DNA from: Octopus vulgaris
Taxonomy: Eukaryota
NCBI GenBank assembly: GCA_951406725.2
Contig: OX597834.1
Coordinates: 17,050,001-17,114,000 of the forward strand
Length of the DNA: 64,000 nucleotides
Reading direction: 5' to 3'
Position 1 is the first letter of the stretch; each line of letters starts with the position of its first letter. Shown one piece after another: positions 11,795 through 24,441 of this stretch. The position numbers and the translations under genes were made by a program. The notes beneath the pieces were generated by a model. It made no database searches. It saw nothing but the letters and a program-made list of their open reading frames with translations, and was not told the DNA's origin.

Positions 11795-12120
11795 CTGATC
11801 ACAACAAAAGAAAAGAAAAAAACAGTAACATGTTATACAACACCAGCTTCTGTTGGAATTTGGAATTTGTTTCTATGTTTTTTTTTTGCTTTTTTTTTAA
11901 TAGAAGTTCAGTTTATTATATAATATATACATTTTACACTATGTCACAATTAATATGAAACTACATATAGTGAATAGGTAGTTTATGGATAGGGTAAATA
12001 TCACAAAGATCACCAAAATGAAATTCTATATACATGTGCTCTTGCACGTGCGTGTGTATGTGCATGTGTGTGCATATACATATATACATGTATGTGTGTA
12101 TATATATACATGTATATATG

Positions 12121-12162
<42 letters not shown>

Positions 12163-12191
12163 CATATGTATATATGCATGTATACAAATAT

Positions 12192-12222
<31 letters not shown>

Positions 12223-12378
12223 TATGTACACACATACACGTGTGTAAATACATGTCTGTATGTATGTATGTATGTACATATTCCAGGGACTGACAAGTTC
12301 AAAAGAAGCTATGTCTGGCCACTAAGAATAAAATACAGAAAGATAAATATATTCATTACACATACACACATACATTAA

Positions 12379-12440
<62 letters not shown>

Positions 12441-12441
<1 letters not shown>

Positions 12442-12668
12442 TATACTTTATTTAAAAGCAGCAGAAATATAACAAAAGCTGTTACCCAGAGTTTCATGTT
12501 CCCGTTCTTCGGACAGTTTTGTTAAAACTGTCCGACAAACGAAACGTGAAACTCTGAGTAACAGCTTTTGTTATATTTCTGCTGCTTTTAAATAAAGCAT
12601 ATATGACTCTACCTCTGGTATCTGAGTACTCTTTTTCCACCTTGTTTCACATTTATGTGCTTACTCCA

Positions 12669-12670
<2 letters not shown>
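12441..12670. mobile_element. Penelope-like terminal remnant forming a long palindrome, with a degenerate hammerhead motif in each arm
   Basis: Inverted arms of about 80 bp centred at 12521-12523. Each arm reads CTGT-CCGANNA-stem II-GAAAC-loop-GTA-ACAG. Embedded in (TA)n. Confidence 0.6.
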
Positions 12671-12730
<60 letters not shown>

Positions 12731-13519
12731 ATACATATATACACACGCATACACATACACAAACACTTTGATTCACAACAATTGAAAGTAAAGTGTTTTC
12801 TCATAGCATTGTCAGTCAGTTTTATATGAACATTTTTTTTCTTCTCAGTTTTAGAAAAATACAAAAATAAAAAGGTTTACAACAAGTGTACTACTAGATT
12901 AACTATACAACATGGTTTATATATGAGCTGAAGATTTAGAAGAATAGAGGGTAGCAAGATGCTAAAAAGCAGCATGAATTAGTGAAACAATGTTAAGTTG
13001 GAAATGGCTGTTATTTATTTATTTATTTATATATTTGTTTAATGTTAGCATGTTGTTTTTTTTTTCAGTTTCTTGAATAACAACTTTTTAATTACAAATA
13101 AATAAATAAAAGTTTATAATGGTAATAAATATGGTTTCTGATTTAGATACAAGGCCAGCAATATTGAGAGGAAGGGATTAAGTTGAAGCCATCGACACCA
13201 GTATGTAACTGGTATTTTATTTTAATGAATTCCTAAAGGATAAAAGGTTAAGTTGACTTGCGTTGGATTTGAAATCAGATTGTAAAGAGTTGGAAGAAAT
13301 ATCACACGGCATTTTGCTCAATGCTCTACTGACTCTGCTTAATAACTCTTTCTTCTGTAAGGACAAGGCCTAAAATTTTGGCCTCGATTCTCGACTGGTT
13401 CTCATTTTTATTGACCCCAAGATGATGAAAGGCAGAGTCAACCTCGGTGGAATTTGAACCCAGATTGTAAAAGTTGGATAAAAGGCTGCTTAGCATTTTC
13501 TTTCTTGTACTAATGATTT

Positions 13520-13975
13520 TGGCAGCTTGCTTTAATAATGGTTTCAAAATCTGTCACAAGGGCAATCATTTTGGGGGAGGGGATGAGTTGATTACATTGG
13601 GCCCAGTGTTCAACTGGTACTTATTTTATCGACCCTGAAAGGATGAAAGGCAAAGTTGACCTTGGCAGAATTTGAACTCAGAACATAGCAGCAGACGAAA
13701 TACCACTAAGCATTTTGCCCGGCATGCTAACGATTCTGCCAGCTCACCACCTTCACTTACTTTAATAATAACAATAGTTTCTAATTTTGGCACAAGGCCA
13801 GCAATTTTATGGGAGGAGATAAGTCAATTACATCAACCTCAGTGCTTAACTGGTACTTATTTTATGAACCCCAAATTGAATCTCAGTAGAATTTGAACTC
13901 AGAACTTAAAGACAGACGAAATGCCACTAAACATTTCATCCATTACAGTAACAATTTTGCCAGCTCACCAACTTA
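13520..13975 (-). mobile_element. SINE family B copies (central gtcgactttgcctttcatcctttcggggtcgataaaataagtacc, Meta-domain-like)
   Basis: Same sequence recurs at about 14221-14428, 26084-26290, 32653-32868, 49186-49620, 50506-50715, 58109-58335 and 61588-61755. Confidence 0.8.
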
Positions 13976-13999
13976 ATAATAATAATAATAATGACAATA

Positions 14000-14220
14000 A
14001 TTGTTGGAGTCTTAGGAACAGTAAGTAAAGACTTTGGACTGTATATTGGACAAATAGGGTTTGCAACAAATATGGAGCACTTACAGAAAACAGCTTGAAT
14101 ACTCTTGAAGGTGCTTGGCAAATAAAGGGTGCTACCTCAGTTCACTGGTAGCGGAACAGCTGACACCATAATACATCCCCGGGATTAGAAACTGAGTAAA
14201 AGATAATAATAATAATAATA
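14000..14220 (+). mobile_element. R4/Dong-like non-LTR retrotransposon 3' end
   Basis: IVGVLGTVSKDFGLYIGQIGFATNMEHLQKTA resembles the C-terminus after the restriction-like endonuclease. Flanked by (TAA)n. Confidence 0.6.
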
Positions 14221-14619
14221 ATCCTTTCTGCTGAAGGCACAAGGCCTGACATTTTGGGGGAGGGAACTAGTTGATTACATTGACCCCAGTGTTTCATTAG
14301 TACTTAATTTATTGACCACGAAAGGCAAAGCTGACCTTGGTGGAATTTGAACTCAGAATGTAAAGACTGACAAAATGCCACTTGGCATTTTGCCAGGTAT
14401 GCTAACGAATTTACCATCTCACCACCTTAATGATGATAATAATAATAATAATAATTTCTTCAAAGACTGATACAAAAAAACCCCCTTAAATTTGGAAAGG
14501 AAGTGCACAGTTGATTTTAGAAGTCCTCGGTATATTAATGGTACATATTTTATTGACCTTGGATGAATGAAATACATAGTCATCCTTTGTGGGACTCGGG
14601 ACCAGAATATATTTCACTG

Positions 14620-15080
14620 ACCCCAACACTTTACTGACTCTACAAAGCACTAGTGAGACTTACAATGGATTATTGCTTCCCCAATAAACATGGTGTTGTT
14701 GCTACACATACTGATAGCCTGAACTGCATTCAGAGAAGAGCTTCCCCATTGACTGGCATTAAATCATTCACAGCTCACAAACAGACTTCAGCCTCAAGCC
14801 TACAAGCATGTTGTCCTTTCACTCTGCTATTTTCTGTTACTAATCTAATGGCCTTTGTTTCTCAGAGATGGCATTTCTTATATCTTTTCCATTCAGGTAC
14901 TCCTAACCCACTTGTTCTTACTTTTCAACACCTTTGTCATGTCGACCCCTTGCTCCAGATCATACAATTACTATGCTGAGCTCTCCTTCTTCCCTACAAC
15001 ACCATCCCTCTGGAATCTTTTCCCTGCTCATGTCTTTCCTGCAAGTGTTGATCTACGTAAATGGTTTAAAAGGAACATTA
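14620..15080 (+). mobile_element. Decayed CR1/Jockey-group LINE ORF2 3' end
   Basis: LYKALVRLTMDYC...IQRRA...SFFPTTPSLWNLFPAHVFP...FKRNIN across frameshifts. Confidence 0.75.
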
Positions 15081-17237
15081 ATAATCCTTTTTACTAAAGA
15101 CACAAGGCCTAAAATTTTGGGGAAGGTGTTAATTTGATTACATCGACCCCAGTACTCAACTGGTACTTAATTTATCAAGCCCAAAAGGATGAAAGGCAAA
15201 GTTGGATCATTCTTATTGGTCTCAAAGAGCTTACAAAGGCTATGGGCTGTACCTTCCACTAGACCCAGCAAATATAAAAAAAACTAGTAAGTTCTTTTCC
15301 TTATTCTAATCAGAATATCAAATTAATTATAGTTTTAGTCATTAAAAAATATTGTTATATTTGAAAAGAGTCACAATCAATTAAAAAACTAATCCTATAA
15401 ACATACTCATCAGTTGTTTGTCATGTTGATGTTTGTTTATATGACCAAAATATTTTTCATGACATAAACAAATATCAACTATTCTGCCCCCCAAAAAAGA
15501 AGTGAAATATAGACAAAGAACAACTGGCAAGTATGTTTGTTTGCTTTTTTAATCATGTAATCATGACTTTTCCCAAATATAAGAACATTTTTGTTAACAC
15601 AAAGCTTCAGATAAAAATTCTTACAAAGCAAATTCTAAATCAAAACTTTATATAAAAAAAAAAAAGGTACTTGGAAAAGAGAATTTTTTTTTTCTAAAAA
15701 TCTCACATGACATGTAAGGGGAATTAACAGTTATATATAAAAAAAAAGTAAATGGGGCCCCTCTAGAAAAACTGATGGTGAGACCTAGTTTTGTGGAATG
15801 ATACATACTGGAAATAAATCTTTAGATAAGATCCATCATAGATAAGAATCTAGAATCTAGTTTATCACAGGTAAAACATTTCCAGATGAGACAACTATTC
15901 TTGACAACCATGTGAGATTGAGGCCATGCAGAATGAAATGATCTACTAATACACACAACGAAACAATTCGAAGAGATTTTAATGTTCAGGATATGTGAAC
16001 ATTTAGAGGTTTCACTTATGATATGGCCATTACAATGAGTAATGGTTAAAATGACAAAATATAGGAAAGAAATATTTGAGAAAAATATCATTAAAAAAAA
16101 AATAATATGGGTCGATGTGTGTGTGTGAATTAAAGAGAAAATATACAAGCACATAAATCCATTCAAACTTTAATTCAGCAGACAACTATTTGTTGTTTCA
16201 TCAGCAGAAAAGTGAGTGCAAGATCTTGTAAATTCTATTTATCTCCCTTTATGATTAAAATACAGTCTACCTGTTTCAACTGATTTTTTAAGCAATGTTC
16301 ATGGCTAATATTGTCATTAATAAACTTCTGTTTGGAAAATATAACTTAAAAACCAAAAAAAAAAAAAGTCTTACATTTTTATATTGCACATTAAAACTAA
16401 GGGTGATCTTAGGCAGGCTGGTATCAAAATGGTTTAAATAAAAGATTCCCAGCTAAAAAAATAAATAAATAAAACTTATGCTTCAGGCATGGCTGTGAGG
16501 TAAAAGGTTTGCTTCCCAACCACATGGTTCTGGGTTCAGTCCCACTGCATGGCTCTAGGCTGCCCAAAGTGAGTAGATTTAGTAGATGGAAAAGAAGCCT
16601 GTCATATATGTGTGTGTGTGTGTTCCCACCCACCACTTGACAACCGGTGTTGGTTTGTTTACATCACCATAACTTAGTTTGGCAAAAAAGAAACCAATAG
16701 AATAAGTACCTGGCTAACAAAAACAAAAATGTACTGGTGTTGATTTGTTCAGCTGTGGTGCTCCAGCATGGCTACAGTCTAATGACTGAAATATGATAAA
16801 GCATAAAAGATAAATAAATGATCTCCGCAGCTCACCAGTTAGAATCGGTAAAAAGAAAATAGATATCACAACCATATAGTAAATGCTTTTAAGAAGCACT
16901 TGCATGTGAAAGTAGCAGCTATACTAGTTTCCTTGATGATGACTTTGTATCCAACTTACAACAGGCATACAGTTGTTTCCTATGCAGTTGCAAATATAAA
17001 CTCTATTTGTTTTTAAGTTTTTCAGCTTCTTTAAAAAATCATTGGTGTTTTCCTATTATCATTATTATTATTATTATTATTATCATTATTATTATCATTA
17101 TTATTATTATTATCATTATCATTATTATTATTATTAGACAAATACATGAAATCCATCTGGCTGAGATTTAATGACAAAAAGTTCTCCTCAAATTTCAAAA
17201 ATCTTTCTTAGCATTCTTGCAGGATACAAGATTTCAC

Positions 17238-17268
<31 letters not shown>

Positions 17269-17289
17269 GTTGTTGTTGTTGTTATTATT

Positions 17290-17650
17290 AATAAAATTCT
17301 CAGGACTTTTGATTTCACTTGGTTCAGCTAATTCTGTAAGAGCAGACACCCCATTGTCAAGGGTCACACAGGGTCTTCTTCCACGATACCTAACATCCAA
17401 GGTACCAGCCTCAAAATACTCACTGTTCCTAATATAGCAGTTTCCTGAGCAGCTTCTACCTTCATATCAATCTGAATTTCTCCAACAAATTTCTCAAACC
17501 TGGTTTACAAGGCTCCTAGTGCCTCAACAACTACTAGGATGACAATTACGTTCTTCATTGCCTTCATTCTCATAATCTCGTGGTCTGAATTTCTCAATTT
17601 TTTCCAGTTCTTGTACATTCCCAGGTTCAGCAATATCTATGATCTTGGTA
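17290..17650 (-). mobile_element. R4/Dong-like element, restriction-like endonuclease end and 3' UTR
   Basis: KIIDIAEPGNVQELEKIEKF...VILVVVEALGAL*...AQETAILGTVSILRLV, bounded on both sides by (TAA/TTA)n. Confidence 0.75.
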
Positions 17651-20600
17651 TTATTATTATTATTATTATTATTTCTTTACATTTTAAAAACTTTTTTACA
17701 TACTAGCATGTATTGGAAGGATTCATAGATTTTGTATAATTGCATGTTTTGGAAATACATTGGCTATTCTAAAATTAACCTCTTATACCAGCAGATATAA
17801 AAATTATAGCTGATATTGTTTAAATGGTTGTTGTCATTGCTTTATCTCCAGGTCAGTCCAAATCTGGCGTACATAAGATTGTAATTCAAACTACATTATC
17901 CAATCAAATGTCTTGTTTTTTGAAGACAGTAGGAAAATTTAGTTGTTGTTTGTAGAAGATCGAGCAATCGCATAAAAGCTCCTTAGTTACCTCATTGTTT
18001 AAAGGTTCGTTGGATTGGAGCAGGTATTGTAATTAGATCTCAGAGAAAAAAAAACACAATGCCAACAGCAAACAAGACTTTTAAACCTTATGAGCAACAT
18101 GTCAACAGCCCAACATTTTACATATTCAGCAGCATATCAGTGAATCTTTGTATTTACATTGTTTAATGATGAACAAACAAAAACGAAAACTTTAAAATAA
18201 ACTAACAAAAAAAGGAATTAGTTTCAATGTAGCATAACAATATATACATAAAACGGGAACAAGGAAGGCAATTATATTTCCATTGGAATGTTAAAACTTA
18301 TATTGAAACGATGATGATGATGATGAAGATGATGATGATGTCAAAACAACAACAATAATAAATAGGAATTGTTTGAAATTTTTCCATTTTACAGAGCAAT
18401 GAAACAAGAACAGTGATTTTTTGTTTTTTAACCCTCTGAACTTGCAGGTACAATTTTATTTGACTATACTCCCCGTAAAACACAAAAGCAATTGGCCATG
18501 TGTTTTTGAGTTTATGGCTGAAAATAACTATTTTCCTCCCAATCAGCAAACAGTAAATATGAAACCATCTAGCCCTATTTCTTCTGCGGTTTCCAGGGAT
18601 ATAATCAAATAAAATCATGCTTTTTGAGTTTAAAGAGTATAAGGAAACAGAGGCAGGGGGGTATTAAAACAATTTGCCCAAATCCTGCTTCACAAAAGAA
18701 TCAGTGACACAAGTGGAATGAAAATCTTCTGACAGGAAATTAGAGATTTGATTCACAAAGAGTAACTTCAATCCATCAATCAAAGGAAAGTCTTTGAAAC
18801 AACAAGAGAACCACCCAGTTCTATTATACTTGTCTTTATTATTCTGTAAAGGGCAGCAGATCAACAGGATTGTTATAGCATAAGAAAATATGTCTGGTGT
18901 TATTTGCTCTGAGTTCAAATCCTGACGACGTCAACTTTGCTCTTCATCCCTCTGGAGTCAATAAAATAAGGTACCGGTCAAACATTGTAGTCAAAGTAAT
19001 TGACTGAATGGCTTCCTTTCAAAACTGAGCATTATTTGGTTGGCATTTTGTTTCATTGATCCTAAAGAGACTGAAAATGTAAAGTTGATCACTGCAGGAT
19101 TGGGACTCAGAATATAAATGGCCAGAATAAATACCACAAGGTATTTCTTTCCTATGCTGTAATGATTCTGTCAAAACCTAATAATCATTTATCTTTGTCG
19201 TAAGCCGTAAACCTAGAAGACACAAACTGTTTGAGTGTCATTTCTTTGTTTGTATTAATCTGTGTAGATGTCTTTGAGAGAAAGCCAGGGACGTTTGACA
19301 ATTTCATATTGTGTCATGACAAAAAACAGTAACAATATAAAAACAAAGGGTAGACAAACTGTCTTTAACAAGTGTTATGAGAGTAAAAAAAATAGAAGGG
19401 AAGATTAACATGTGCGCACACACACACACACACACTCATACATGTAGTAAAATCAAAAAAAGTGTATGGTGAACAAGCTGTGAAGGTGGAAAATCAAATG
19501 TTTTGGACTGAGTCCTTCTTCAAGGAAAAGCTGAAAGGAGGGAAACTAATAACAGACAGAAGGGAGAGTATGTAAAACTCTGCTGAGTCTCATCAATTTC
19601 TCTCCTTTCAACCTTTTTCCTGAAAAAGACTGTTTGAGACATTGGATTTTCTGTTGCTAATGGGCAAGTTCACTTGACTCTTGATTGTGCCTCAGTGGTT
19701 AGGAGATGTTGGATTCATGATCGTAAGATTGTGGTTTTAATTCCTGGATTAGAAGACATATTGTGCTCTTGAGCAAGACACTTCATTTCACCCTCCTCTA
19801 GTCCACCCATCTGGTAAAATGGAGTAATCCTGCAATGGCCTGGCATCCTATCCAGGAAGTGGGGGTGTGGAGTATATGTGCCATGGAAACCAGCCCTATG
19901 AGCCAATATGAATGGCAAAAGATCTCTCTATATATATATGTATTACATGCTACATTATTCAGCAGTTTCAAATGTTTTTTTCATCTCTTGGGACATAGAA
20001 TATTATGTTTCTAAAACTGAAGTTTGTTTGTTTGTTTGTGTGTGTGTGTATGTGTGTAAAAGCTTTTCTTATTTCACTTTTCATTTCCTGTGTTAAAAAA
20101 AAAAGTGTAAAAAAATATGAATTAACTGACTGGAAGCTAATATATTAAAAAGTATTTTATTTTAGAAATGCTCTCACATTAGGATAAACTTTAAGGGTTA
20201 AGAAAAAGAGGAAGGAGTCTATGACTGAAATTTTAGAACTCAGAAACCTATGTGGAACTGGTGCCAAATTTGGGTATTATGCTGTTCTCTTGTCCCAACT
20301 ACTTTGTCAAAGATTTTTCAAGTTGAACTAGAAGTTTGTAACTAACGAAGGGTAGTTCAGTCAGCCAAGTGAGTCTGGAATGTGATCAGAAACTGGAAAT
20401 TAACCTTGATACCCTTATCTAATGCATCCATTGATTTCTTTTCAAAGTGAGTTGGGGTGTCACTACTGAGAATGAGGGTGGGATCAGTAATGCTAGAAAC
20501 AAGATTTCTGAGAATAGATTTTTGCTGCTGCTGCTGCTGTCTTTTGGCAAGAAGACTGGACAATATTCTTGAGCTGGATGGTGGTGATGATGGTGGTGGT

Positions 20601-21361
20601 GGTGGTGGTGGTGGTGATTGCAAAGGAAGTAATAAGATGGTCAAAACTGGGAGTAGTGAGGATGAAAAACATGGGCTTCCTCAATACAGCTCTCATGGAA
20701 TTTTTCAAGAAAAAAAAAATGATGTGGAAGGCTGAGTCAGTTTGCCATCAGGAGGATTTTTATGAAAGATCGGTGAAAGTGCTTGGTGTGTCATAAATGA
20801 ATGGAGCAATGGAAAATTGTTATGTCTAGATCAGTCAGGCATATTGTGGCCTGCAGGACTTTTTGAAAGGGTCATTAACGAAAAATTACCTTGAATTTTT
20901 TTAGTAGTGCAGCCCACCTGATGAGCCTGTTACATGCAGTGTGCTTCTTGAAAAAGGTTGCCCATGCCTTCTCTAGATGGAGCAAAGGTGTATCACTTAC
21001 AATTGAGGTCAAGTGCTAATGAGACAAGCTTATTTTTTCTGTCAATAAGGTGAATATTGGTTTGTATTTATTTTTAATGCTTTGTTTTGTCATTGCTTTA
21101 GCCTAGTTAAAAATAATTCACAATTTTGTTGGAAAAGTTTAATGAACTCCATTTACTGATTTCCTAACTTTATACAATCATCTTCAACACTATTATTATT
21201 GAGTGAGAGAGCAGTGCATGCCATCAAAGTGATTATTATTATTATTATTATTATTATTATCATCATATTATTATTATTATTATGATTATTATTATCGTAT
21301 TATTATTATTATTATTATTATCATATTATTATTTTTATTATGATTATTATTATTATCATCA

Positions 21362-21392
<31 letters not shown>

Positions 21393-22239
21393 AATAATAA
21401 TAATAATGATATAATGATAGGGATTTCAAATTTTGGCACAAGGCCAGCAATTTCGAAGGAGGAAGTAAGTCACTTACATTGTCCCCCAGTGCTCAACTGG
21501 TACTTATTTTATCGACCCTGAGTGGGTCAAATGTAAAACCGACCTTGGCAAAATTTAAACTCAGAATATAAAGATGGATGAAATGCCACCAAGCTAATGA
21601 TTCTGCCAGCTTCCCACCTTCAGTGATGATAATAATAATAATAATCTTTTCTACTATAGGCACAAGGCCTGAAATTTTGGGGGATGGGACAAGTCGATTA
21701 CATCTACCCCAGTGCATAACTGGTACTTGTTTTATCGAGGGAGTGAATTTAAATATGTATTTTGTCATCCCCTTTTTCACAAGCTTTTCATATAATCCCG
21801 CAGTGTATCGTTTTGTACCATCCTTGATGTTTTTGCTAACCTTGCGGTTAATAAAGAAAGCATTATTATTGTTATTATTATTAAGGTGGTGAGACCTCTG
21901 CTGAGGTCAACTTTAGCTTTCATCCTTTCGGGGTCAATAAAATAAGTACCAGTTGAGTACTGGGGTCGGTGTAATCAACTTAACCCCTGCCCCAAACTTG
22001 TTGGCCTTGTGCCAAAATTTGAACCCATTATCATTATTATCATTTTATGTTTGACTTTTGCTTTACATTTGTACAAGTTGTCTCCAAGTCTCACCCAGAG
22101 ACCTCAAGAGACAACAAGTTGGAAGTTCATGTTGGTGTTATGCCTAGGGTGCCATATATTTGGTTTTGTACATAGTGTTGTTCTAGAGAATGTTTAAGAA
22201 ACCATAAGAAAATTATGTTTGTTTTAATCATTATTATTA

Positions 22240-22280
<41 letters not shown>

Positions 22281-22928
22281 GGAAATCCTTATTTTGGTTT
22301 GTATTTTATATCACTGTTACTGATTCTTATTTTGCTTTTAAGCTCTAGGACTCGAAGGGCCAGTTATTCAGTTTCCATGGCATACAACAGGCTGAGATCA
22401 CAATATTCTCCTGAAAGGGATGCTAGTCTGTTGCAGGGCACAAAGACAGCAATTTTAAAGGGAGGCAGAGAAAGTCAATTACATCAACCCCAGTACTTAA
22501 CTGGTACTTCCTAAAAAGGGATGTATATGGTAAATTTGACCACTGCAGGATTTGAACTCAGAACATAAAGAGCCAGAAGAAATGCCACTAAGCATTTTGT
22601 TAATGATTCCATGCTAACGATTCTGTCAGTCCACCACCATGTTAATGATTCTAAGTATCATCATTGTTGCTGTCAATAGATTCTATGTGTGTAGTTTCAC
22701 TTGACACCGGAATATTTATGAGGTCCAAACATACAGATGCTGCACTAAACATTTACCTTTAGTGTAGGGTAGGGTTTCCCCCCGCCCCATCTCCAGTCAC
22801 TCTCTGTCTATCACATACATGAGTTGTTACAAAACATATTGCAATACAATGGATGACGTTGCACAGATTATTAATTCTATTCTGTAGAAATAAATTCATT
22901 GAAATATAATAGATATATACATACACAC

Positions 22929-22975
<47 letters not shown>

Positions 22976-23075
22976 CACACATGTAGAAAGCATGGTAACA
23001 TCAACTGAAGTGTAGCTTGTGTTAAAATGAGAAAAACACTTGGAATTCCATCAAATGCTGCCTGATGAAACTTCA

Positions 23076-23127
<52 letters not shown>

Positions 23128-23192
23128 CGAAAAAGAATTGAAGTTATTCTAGGAAATGTAACAGATAACAAATTAAATAAAATTGAAATAAA

Positions 23193-23372
23193 TACCGTAT
23201 TTTAATGTGCATAAGGAACCCTTTTTTGTCAAAAATTTGTTTAAAAATATGGGAGTTTCTTCTACATGGAAGGTATTATAATCCCTTACAAACCTTTTTT
23301 GCAAATTTTAAGCCCTCAAAATTAGGGGGTTCCTTATACACGAGGGTTCCTTATAAATGTTAAAATATGGTA
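23193..23372. mobile_element. Tc1/pogo-type MITE
   Basis: Terminal taccgtatttt / aaaatatggta inverted repeats with TA ends and internal ggttccttata repeats. Confidence 0.65.
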
Positions 23373-23625
23373 TACATCAAACTTTAGAAAGTCAGCTTTG
23401 AAAAGCTTGGAAATACATCCAGAATGGGAGGTAAAAAACAACAATAGTTTTTTTTCTTTTTATGTATAAGATGTCAGTGTTTAGCAGAGCAAGAATTTGA
23501 TTAAAATGTTTTTATTGTTTTTAAAATATAAGATAAACTATATTGATAAAATATATCCAACTCAAAATCTTATTTTAAAATAATAATATTTTTATTTACA
23601 ATATTCAACATGATGGTACTGCATG

Positions 23626-23674
<49 letters not shown>

Positions 23675-23911
23675 TGATTTCAATATTCCTGGATTGGGTG
23701 GTGGGTTGTGTTCTTGAGCAAAACACTTCATCTCACGTTGGTATGCGTTCACTTTGACACCTGACGTGTACCTGTTCAGGTAACATCAATTTGATGGTAG
23801 GAGTGAACTTATGTACAGCACAAACATTTGATCACTATCAACAAATCATTTGTGAAGGTTCTTTAGTAAGCAATTGCAGAACCATCTTTTTTGGAGCACA
23901 AGAGACTAACG

Positions 23912-23954
<43 letters not shown>

Positions 23955-24376
23955 GTGAGTGTGTATTTGTATTGTGCAACATCATCATGTTAAATATTAG
24001 AACTTCATGTTTTTAGAATTAATATTTCAAACTTATTATGAACAAATCAATCATTTAAAACGGGCAAATTTTGCAGTACCACTTGATACCATTGCTGATA
24101 TTCTGGGGTACCTTCAAAAACTTCAATGTTGTAGCAGCAGTGGTCCAAGAATGGGGTTGAAAACATGATTTAGGGTTAACAAACAGAATTTTAATAAATG
24201 TATTAAAAAAAACTAAATAAATGCAATCGAAAAAAGTTGTAAAACAAAGTTTTATTTGTATTGTTTTGCAATGGAATGTCAAAGTAATGGAATGGAATCT
24301 CAAAAAGGTGCATTTTTAGGTAATTTTTAGTTATCAACAGAATAACATTTCAATGAAATATTGATATATATATATA

Positions 24377-24441
<65 letters not shown>

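Noticed and set aside
10338-12378. Many long YI/HT/CV-rich ORFs (also 40694-41239, 45625-46313, 58737-59021, 62615-63067)
   Set aside because: They are translations of dinucleotide microsatellites or the CATGTA minisatellite, open in several frames on both strands.
22757-22881. Minus-strand segment with good acceptor and donor
   Set aside because: All three frames contain stops and there is no link to a gene. At best a non-coding exon.
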